DNA from: Dehalococcoidia bacterium
GTDB taxonomy: Bacteria; Chloroflexota; Dehalococcoidia; Plut-88900
Direction: 5' to 3'
Assembly (NCBI GenBank): GCA_965197645.1
Contig: OZ240219.1
Coordinates: 352,001 to 416,000, forward strand
Length of the DNA: 64,000 nucleotides
The notes under the pieces were generated by a model, which was not told the origin of the DNA, made no database searches, and saw nothing but the letters and a program-made list of their open reading frames with translations. This document shows, in pieces, positions 57,858 to 64,000 of the stretch. Within the stretch, counting starts at the first letter, position 1. Every line of letters begins with the position of its first letter. Made by a program: the position numbers and the translations under genes.

Positions 57858-59390
57858 ATGAGCAATCTAGACATACAGGCCAGCTGGTCTTACCACAACA
57901 GCACCAAGCACTCATACGAGAGCCTGCGAGCCCAGGCCCACCACCTGGACTGGCCCAACCAGCCTGTGCCCTTCAAGATCTACAAATCGCTGGATGGGAT
58001 GCCCCTGGGCCTGGAGATGGAGTTCACCAACGTCCCCGCGCTGGAGGTGATCTCCTCCCCACCCATGTCTCCCGAGAAGGAATCCGTGCCCGATCTGGCG
58101 ACCCTTGCCCAGCTCCTTCACCTTTCGGCGGGCATAACCAAGCGCAAGGACTACGGCAACGAGATGCAGGTCTTCTTCAGAGCGGCGGCGTGCACCGGCG
58201 CCCTCTATCACATCGATCTCTACCTCGTCTGTCGCGACCTGCCGGGGCTGGAGGCCGGGGTCTACCACTTTGCCCCCAACGATTTCTCGTTGCGTAGGCT
58301 CCGGGAGGGCAACTACCTGCCTCTGCTGGCCCGGGCCGCCGGAGACGAGACCTCTTTGATGGGGGCCCCGGCGGTGATCGTGTGCGCCGATACGTACTGG
58401 CGCAACTCGTGGAAGTACCGGGCGAGGGCCTATCGCCACACCTTTTGGGACAGCGGGACGCTGCTAGCCAACCTTCTGGCCGTAGCGTCGGCCCACCGTA
58501 TGCCCGCCAGGGTCATATCGAGTTTTGTCGATGAGACGGTAAACCGGTTGCTGGGCCTCGATGGAAAGCTTGAGGCTGCTCAGGTCCTGGTGCCCATCGG
58601 GTCGACGACGCCCATCGAACCCGCAGATACGGACCCCCTGGACCAGCTGGAGTACGAGATTGAACCGCTGTCCAACAGCGAGGTGGAGTACCCCGCCATC
58701 TACGAGATGCACTCGGCCTCGTCCCTCCATACCGGGGAAGAGGTGGCCGAGTTGCAGGGGAAGCGTTTGGAGCTTCCCGTAGACAACCCGGTGGGCCCTC
58801 TGTACCCGCTCCATGACGAGTCGGTGGAGGGCCGGGGCATAGAAGAGACGATCGTTCACCGAGGCTCCACCAGGCGATTCGCTCGTGACAGCATCACCCT
58901 CGACCAGCTTTCCGCGATTCTAAGCACCGCGGCCGAGCCGGTGGACGCCGACCTTCTGCAACCCTACGGCGCTACGATGAACCATCTGTACCTGATAGTA
59001 AACGCCGTCGAAGGTCTGGACAGCGGCGCCTATCTCTATCATCGGGACCGGAGGGCGCTGGAGCTGCTAAGGAAGGGCGACTTCAGGGACAGGGCGGGCT
59101 ACCTGGGGCTGGAGCAGGAGATACCGGCGGATGCCAGCGTCGACGTGTTCTTTTTGGCCGATCTGGACTCGGCACTGGCGATGTATGGCAATCGGGGCTA
59201 TCGCATGGCCCAGCTGGAGGCGGGAGTCCTGGGGGGCAGGCTGTACCTGGCGGCCTATGCTCAACGGCTGGGAGCAAGCGGCCTCACCTTCTACGACGAC
59301 GAGGTGATAGAGTTCTTCTCACCTCGTGCCGAAGGTATGAGCGTCATGTTCCTCGTCGCCCTCGGCAAATCGGTGCGGCGAAAAGAGTAA
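57858..59390 (+). CDS. SagB/ThcOx-like tandem nitroreductase-domain protein
   Basis: YHNSTKH, FRAAACTGALY, WKYRARAYRH, RGSTRRF, GNRGYRMAQLEAG, GLTFYDD; start moved to ATG 57858. Confidence 0.88.
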   Translation: MSNLDIQASWSYHNSTKHSYESLRAQAHHLDWPNQPVPFKIYKSLDGMPLGLEMEFTNVPALEVISSPPMSPEKESVPDLATLAQLLHLSAGITKRKDYGNEMQVFFRAAACTGALYHIDLYLVCRDLPGLEAGVYHFAPNDFSLRRLREGNYLPLLARAAGDETSLMGAPAVIVCADTYWRNSWKYRARAYRHTFWDSGTLLANLLAVASAHRMPARVISSFVDETVNRLLGLDGKLEAAQVLVPIGSTTPIEPADTDPLDQLEYEIEPLSNSEVEYPAIYEMHSASSLHTGEEVAELQGKRLELPVDNPVGPLYPLHDESVEGRGIEETIVHRGSTRRFARDSITLDQLSAILSTAAEPVDADLLQPYGATMNHLYLIVNAVEGLDSGAYLYHRDRRALELLRKGDFRDRAGYLGLEQEIPADASVDVFFLADLDSALAMYGNRGYRMAQLEAGVLGGRLYLAAYAQRLGASGLTFYDDEVIEFFSPRAEGMSVMFLVALGKSVRRKE

Positions 59391-59534
59391 CCGGACCGGC
59401 TAACCTGCAACGGCGGCCTCTGTACGCAAGAGCGAAATGGAGTACCCCCCGTTGGTATCCTGACGTTGTTGCCTAAGGAGACCACTACTGCCGGTTAGGT
59501 GGTCAAACATGGCGTCAAATAAGCCGCCACAGTA

Positions 59535-59563
59535 TTGACCTGACAAACCTCATTTGGTATCTT
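59535..59563 (+). promoter_or_regulatory. Possible sigma70 promoter of the Fic gene
   Basis: TTGACC-N17-TATCTT. Confidence 0.4.
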
Positions 59564-59647
59564 GCACGCATGTATTAGCTCCTGATTCTGCGTCAATGAA
59601 TGTACCATATATGTGGCCAAGTAGTGAGTCAATGAGAGGCAGCGACG

Positions 59648-60856
59648 TTGGATGCCAAGAGATTTTGGGATGAGTTTCACTTTGACTATCGACTTGAGCA
59701 AAAAAGAATCTATGAATCTTTGATAACTATAGAGGCTCATAGGCAGACTGCTCAAAATCTTATCCTCGCACCTGAATGGCGTCGACAGCTAGACCGACTG
59801 AACAGGGTACGAGCAGTCCACGGCACAACTGCGCTCGAGGGGAATCCTTTGTCGGAGGCAGAGGCTTCTTATCAAATTGATGTTGTGGATCAGGAAAGTG
59901 ACATGCCGGTAGAGCGCGTAACTAGAGAGCAGCAACAAATCCGGAATGCAGCCAATGCTCAAGATTGGGTAAAGGACCGGTTCACCGCTGACCAACCACC
60001 TGTCCGCCTAAACGATATCCTCACGATGCATAGAATGATTACCAAAGGTTCGGATGAGAACAATAACATCCCCGGTAGACTTCGCTCACAGTCAGTAACA
60101 GTGGGCTCTCCAAACATGGGCGGCGTACATGTTGGAGCTCCTCATGACACTCTGGCTGACCTTATGGAAGAGTTTGTCAGGTTTGTGAACTCGAACCAAT
60201 TCCGTAGCGAACATCCGGTGGTACGAGCACTGCTGGCACACTTCTTCTTGGTGACTATTCATCCGTTTGGCGATGGCAATGGAAGGGTGTCCAGGCTACT
60301 CGAGGCTGGAGTCCTCTTTCAGAACGGATACAACGTCCACGGGTTTTATGGCCTTTCAAACTTTTTTTACAGCAGTGGAGATCAATACAAGACCTTGCTT
60401 CAACAAACCCGCCGGACCCAACCATTTGACGTTACTTCATTCGTGACATTCGGAATAAAGGGATTCGTCGAGGAACTGGAAGGCATAAACAATTTCATCA
60501 AGACAAAAATCAATCGTGTAATGTACCGGCAAATGCTGGTGGCGGCTCTAGGCGAGAAGGTCAGCGAACGCCGCCGAAAGTTAAACGCCAGGGAATACCA
60601 ACTGTTGATCTATCTGTTGAGTGAGACTGAGCCGATAGACCCGTTTTCTGAACAACCGTCCCGTCGAATAGAGTTAGATGAGCTAGTCAACTCTTCGTAT
60701 GTAAGCGGTGCTTATCGCAATGTAACCCGACGAACCTTTATGAGAGAACTTCTTAGATTGCGTGAGATGGAATTTATCAAGGTAGATACTAGTGAGCCGA
60801 ACCGATTCATCATCGAGATCGACTTCGAGGCAATCGCCAAACATCAAATGTATTGA
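59648..60856 (+). CDS. Fic domain protein with C-terminal wHTH-like region
   Basis: HPFGDGNGRVSR catalytic motif; TTALEGN inhibitory-helix-like motif; low GC. Confidence 0.92.
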   Translation: MDAKRFWDEFHFDYRLEQKRIYESLITIEAHRQTAQNLILAPEWRRQLDRLNRVRAVHGTTALEGNPLSEAEASYQIDVVDQESDMPVERVTREQQQIRNAANAQDWVKDRFTADQPPVRLNDILTMHRMITKGSDENNNIPGRLRSQSVTVGSPNMGGVHVGAPHDTLADLMEEFVRFVNSNQFRSEHPVVRALLAHFFLVTIHPFGDGNGRVSRLLEAGVLFQNGYNVHGFYGLSNFFYSSGDQYKTLLQQTRRTQPFDVTSFVTFGIKGFVEELEGINNFIKTKINRVMYRQMLVAALGEKVSERRRKLNAREYQLLIYLLSETEPIDPFSEQPSRRIELDELVNSSYVSGAYRNVTRRTFMRELLRLREMEFIKVDTSEPNRFIIEIDFEAIAKHQMY

Positions 60857-60943
60857 ACTCCTCCCCGTTTTCCTCCTGCCATTCCTCTTTTACCTGCAGC
60901 CTCTCAACCGAGTTTCGCACTTGGCTCAACGTAAGACCTTCGA

Positions 60944-60973
60944 TTGACATTTGCTTCTGCCCGCATGTACAAT
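60944..60973 (+). promoter_or_regulatory. Sigma70-type promoter of the thiolase/OB-fold operon
   Basis: TTGACA-N18-TACAAT. Confidence 0.55.
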
Positions 60974-61084
60974 ACCGCCGCTTGTTAGCCGTTTCCCGAT
61001 AGCCTCGCTTTTGAAGCTCTCGGCGCGGCGCAGGAGGTGGGGACTCTCCCCTTTACCACACGCAATCATCTCAAGGAGGTAACC

Positions 61085-62230
61085 ATGGCAGATCTCTCGC
61101 GAAAAGCTGCCATCGTCGGTGTCGATGAATCCGACGAAATCGGAACCGTTCCCAACAAGTCCCGGCTGCAGCACGCCGCCGAGGCCTCTTTCAACGCCCT
61201 CGATGACGCCGGTCTGACCCTCAAGGACATCGACGCCATCTTCATCGCAGGTCCATCTCCCTACGTGATGGCCGAGTACCTGGGCTTCACCCCCAAGTTT
61301 ACCGATGGGACCCAGGTGGGCGGCTCGTCCTTCGTCATCCACGTGGGCCACGCCCTGGCAGCCATCAACGCCGGCTGGATAGAAACGGCCCTCATAATCC
61401 ACGGCGAGGCAGGCAGGAGCAGCAGGGCCTACGGCGAGGCGGACCACAACATGCCCGCGGCCCAGTACGAAGAGCCCTACGGCTTCGTGATCGAGCCTCA
61501 CGCCTACGGCCTGGCCTGCTCCCGCTACATGCACGAGTTCGGTGTCGAGCGGACCCAGAACGCTCTCGCCGAGATTGCCGTATCCACCCGCAAGTGGGCT
61601 CAGCTCAACCCCAAAGCCGTGATGAAAGACGATATGACCCTGGAGGACTATCACAACTCTCGCATAATCTCCTGGCCCTTCCACCTCTTCGACTGCTGCC
61701 TCGTGACCGATGGCGGCGGCGCCACCGTGATAGCATCAGCCGACGTGGCCCGAAACACCAAGAAGAAGCCCGTGTGGATACTGGGCACTGCGGAAGGCCA
61801 CGACCACGGCGAAGGTATCGGGCAGCAGGCAGACCTGCTCTCGACCGTCGCACGGGAGACCGGCCCCAGGGCCCTCTCCATGGCGGGCGTGACCCACGAC
61901 GACATCGACGTAGCCATGATCTACGACTCCTTCACCTACACCACCCTCGTAACCCTGGAGAGCCTGGGGTTCTGCGGAAGGGGCGAAGGTCCCGACTTCG
62001 TCGCCAACCAGCGTACGGCGCCGGGCGGCGAGTTCGCCCTCAACACCAACGGCGGCGGCCTCTCCTACTGCCACACAGGCATGTACGGGATGTTTCTACT
62101 GCTGGAGGCTGCTCGACAGCTCAGGGGCGAATGCGGTGACAGGCAGGTGCCCGATGCCAAGCTTTCCCTGGTTAACGGAACGGGAGGCACTCTCTCCTCC
62201 TGTGGCACCCTGATACTGGGCTCTGACTAA
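61085..62230 (+). CDS. Thiolase-fold (SCP2/Ltp2-like) protein
   Basis: AAIVGV, WAQLNPKA, DCCLVTDGG, YDSFT, NTNGGGLSYCH; ATG behind AAGGAGG. Confidence 0.9.
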   Translation: MADLSRKAAIVGVDESDEIGTVPNKSRLQHAAEASFNALDDAGLTLKDIDAIFIAGPSPYVMAEYLGFTPKFTDGTQVGGSSFVIHVGHALAAINAGWIETALIIHGEAGRSSRAYGEADHNMPAAQYEEPYGFVIEPHAYGLACSRYMHEFGVERTQNALAEIAVSTRKWAQLNPKAVMKDDMTLEDYHNSRIISWPFHLFDCCLVTDGGGATVIASADVARNTKKKPVWILGTAEGHDHGEGIGQQADLLSTVARETGPRALSMAGVTHDDIDVAMIYDSFTYTTLVTLESLGFCGRGEGPDFVANQRTAPGGEFALNTNGGGLSYCHTGMYGMFLLLEAARQLRGECGDRQVPDAKLSLVNGTGGTLSSCGTLILGSD

Positions 62231-62264
62231 CTGAAACCGGAGAGAACTTCGAGAGGAGATTAAC

Positions 62265-62675
62265 ATGGCAGACTACGATCTTCCCCTTCCCGTAGCCCAA
62301 CCCGAGTCCGACTACTACTGGGAGAAGGCCAAGGCCCACGAGCTCTGGCTGCGAAAGTGCAACGCCTGCAACAAGGCCTACTTCTATCCCAGGGACTTCT
62401 GCCCTACCTGCCAAAGCAAGGACGTGACCTGGATACAGAGTAGCGGCAAGGGCACGCTATACGCCTTTTCCATCGTGCACCGCTCTCCGCCGCCATTCCG
62501 GGCGGTTTGTCCCTACGTCATCGCTCTGGTAGAGGTCGAAGACGGCGCTCGCATCCCGACCAACATCGTCATCGAAGACCCGACCCCGGAGAACCTCTCC
62601 GTGGGCATGGCCCTCGAGGTCACTTTCGACGACGTAACCGAAGAGGTAACCCTACCCAAGTTCAAGCCCGCCTAG
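62265..62675 (+). CDS. DUF35 Zn-ribbon/OB-fold protein
   Basis: CNAC..YPRDFCPTC, SGKGTLYAFSIVH, PYVIALVE. Confidence 0.92.
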   Translation: MADYDLPLPVAQPESDYYWEKAKAHELWLRKCNACNKAYFYPRDFCPTCQSKDVTWIQSSGKGTLYAFSIVHRSPPPFRAVCPYVIALVEVEDGARIPTNIVIEDPTPENLSVGMALEVTFDDVTEEVTLPKFKPA

Positions 62676-62694
62676 CTGCTTCGGAAAGCGGACC

Positions 62695-62730
62695 AAAAAA
62701 GGGGCGTCCACTCGCGAGTGGACGCCCCTT
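62695..62730. terminator. Rho-independent terminator between convergent genes
   Basis: AAAAAAGGGGCGTCCACT-CGCG-AGTGGACGCCCCTT; the long U tract is on the minus strand. Confidence 0.85.
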
Positions 62731-62750
62731 ATCTATTGGCCGGACTATCG

Positions 62751-63449
62751 CTAGTTGGATGAAAAGCGGTTTTTGGGCAGCTCCTCGATCGAGGAATCGT
62801 CCGAGTCTGCTTTCTCTTTGGCCTCTAGGAAGAGCCGCAAGGCCAGGTTCTCAGCCTCCAGCAGCTTGAGCTCCTCCGTTATCCTATCCGCCACCGACAA
62901 CGTCTCCAGCAGCATCTGCTTCCGCCGCATATCCGTCTTGATGATGGATGCAATCTTGTAAGACAGCTTCTCCGGATCGTTCAGAGGTTTGACCGGCCTG
63001 GGCTTTGCCCCGGCCAGCTTGGCATAGAGACCTACGTAAGTATCGAAGTGGCCGTTGAGCCGGATCGTCAGCCGGTCCAGGTCCTCCACCTGCTCCTCCT
63101 GCGGAGCCAGCCACTCGACGGTACCGACCAGGTAGGGCAGATCATGATTCAGCTCAAGGATCCTGAACCGCTTCTCCCCTATCGTGGCGATGTTCATTCG
63201 TCCGTCCGGCTGGGACACGACGTCGGTTATGCGGGCTAAAGTACCTACGTCATAGGGAACGGCGGCCTCGCCCACCTCTCGGCCGGACCTGATGAGCACA
63301 ACCCCGAAGCACCTCTCGCCTTCCAGGCATCGCCTCATCATCAGCCTGTACCGCTCTTCGAAGATGTGGAGCGGCAAAGTCATTCCCGGGAACAGTACCG
63401 TCCCCAGAGGGAACAGGGGCATCTCCTGAGGTTCGATGTTTCCCATCAC
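62751..63449 (-). CDS. LON peptidase substrate-binding domain protein
   Basis: PLFPLGTVLFPG..LPLHIFEERYRLM, GEKRFRI. Confidence 0.92.
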   Translation of the reverse strand: MMGNIEPQEMPLFPLGTVLFPGMTLPLHIFEERYRLMMRRCLEGERCFGVVLIRSGREVGEAAVPYDVGTLARITDVVSQPDGRMNIATIGEKRFRILELNHDLPYLVGTVEWLAPQEEQVEDLDRLTIRLNGHFDTYVGLYAKLAGAKPRPVKPLNDPEKLSYKIASIIKTDMRRKQMLLETLSVADRITEELKLLEAENLALRLFLEAKEKADSDDSSIEELPKNRFSSN

Positions 63450-63455
63450 AAAGCC

Positions 63456-63929
63456 TTATGAAGAGGAAGCGGGGGCCGGTTGTCCCGACTGGCTGGCCAC
63501 CAGCCTCTCCTCTATCAAACGAAAGTCCGACTCAGTCAGCAGGTGCACGTTACCCTGAAAGGCCAGGTGCCAGTGTTCGGCGGGCCACCTCTTCGGGTAC
63601 TCCATCTCCGGCACCACAGATTTCGCGTCCACGAACTGGGGCGGGGCCAGGATGACGTCCGGCTTGATCTCGACCCGGAAGGGGTAGTCCTCACCCTTTT
63701 TCTTACCGCTCCATATCGGGTTGTGGTCTTCGAAGTACTCCGAGGTTATGGTCGCCGTGCCCCCGAACTGCTGAATCCCCGTCAGGTAGTAAACTATCCG
63801 GTCGCCGGGGGCCATCTTCTCGGCCTTCTTGCGATGCCGGCTCTTCATTCCCTGGATCGAAAACTCCAGGTTTCTGGACACCTCGAAGTTGTCCGCCGAG
63901 CTTACCAACATCCAGTAGTTTGTACTCAT
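63456..63929 (-). CDS. EVE (PUA-like) domain protein
   Basis: YWMLV, MAPGDRIVYY, YPFRV, AFQG..LTESDF. Confidence 0.85.
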   Translation of the reverse strand: MSTNYWMLVSSADNFEVSRNLEFSIQGMKSRHRKKAEKMAPGDRIVYYLTGIQQFGGTATITSEYFEDHNPIWSGKKKGEDYPFRVEIKPDVILAPPQFVDAKSVVPEMEYPKRWPAEHWHLAFQGNVHLLTESDFRLIEERLVASQSGQPAPASSS

Positions 63930-63947
63930 ATAGCCGTTCGGTCCTCC

Positions 63948-64000
63948 CTAGCCTCCGATGTGATACATCTCCACCTTCTTGCCGGGCATATCCGAGCTCG
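63948..64000 (-). CDS. 3' end of a gene entering from beyond the window
   Basis: ...SSDMPGKKVEMYHIGG-TAG, followed by the GGAGG RBS of the EVE gene. Confidence 0.4.
   Translation of the reverse strand, partial: SSDMPGKKVEMYHIGG

Noticed and set aside
57594-59390. SagB-like gene as evidence of a RiPP (azole peptide) cluster
   Set aside because: No YcaO, E1-like protein or Cys/Ser/Thr-rich precursor nearby; stand-alone tandem-domain homologs are common
63456-63929. EVE protein as a modification-dependent restriction system
   Set aside because: No nuclease domain or partner; sits in a housekeeping-like run with the LON-domain gene

Overview
A GC-rich, gene-dense bacterial chromosomal window. 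Its content resembles Chloroflexota/Dehalococcoidia (SAR202-like): paralogous amidohydrolases, LLM/F420-type oxidoreductases, class III CoA transferases, SDRs, Zn-ADHs and M24 enzymes. That assignment is inferred from gene content only. Most of the window is catabolic. It also holds one tRNA-Arg(CCT), followed by a probable recombinase scar and an accessory region (amidase plus a small GatC/AtzG-like partner, peptide ABC components, a low-GC two-gene islet, a TIR protein). Four signals stand out. (1) Two genes have an in-frame UGA followed by similar SECIS-like hairpins: a GrdB-like reductase selenoprotein, and a nucleoside hydrolase paralog with UGA two codons before the catalytic His-Asp, a candidate new selenoprotein family. 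(2) The GrdE/GrdB-like pair has no grdA/C/D in the window, lacks the pyruvoyl-forming Cys and both Cys after Sec, and ends a hydrolase-LLM-SDR operon. (3) Upstream of that operon, unrelated cargo genes are bracketed by repeated fragments of the operon's own genes. (4) Two DddP-like lyases keep the DddP catalytic signature. All functional calls come from motif recognition by eye; no database search was run.
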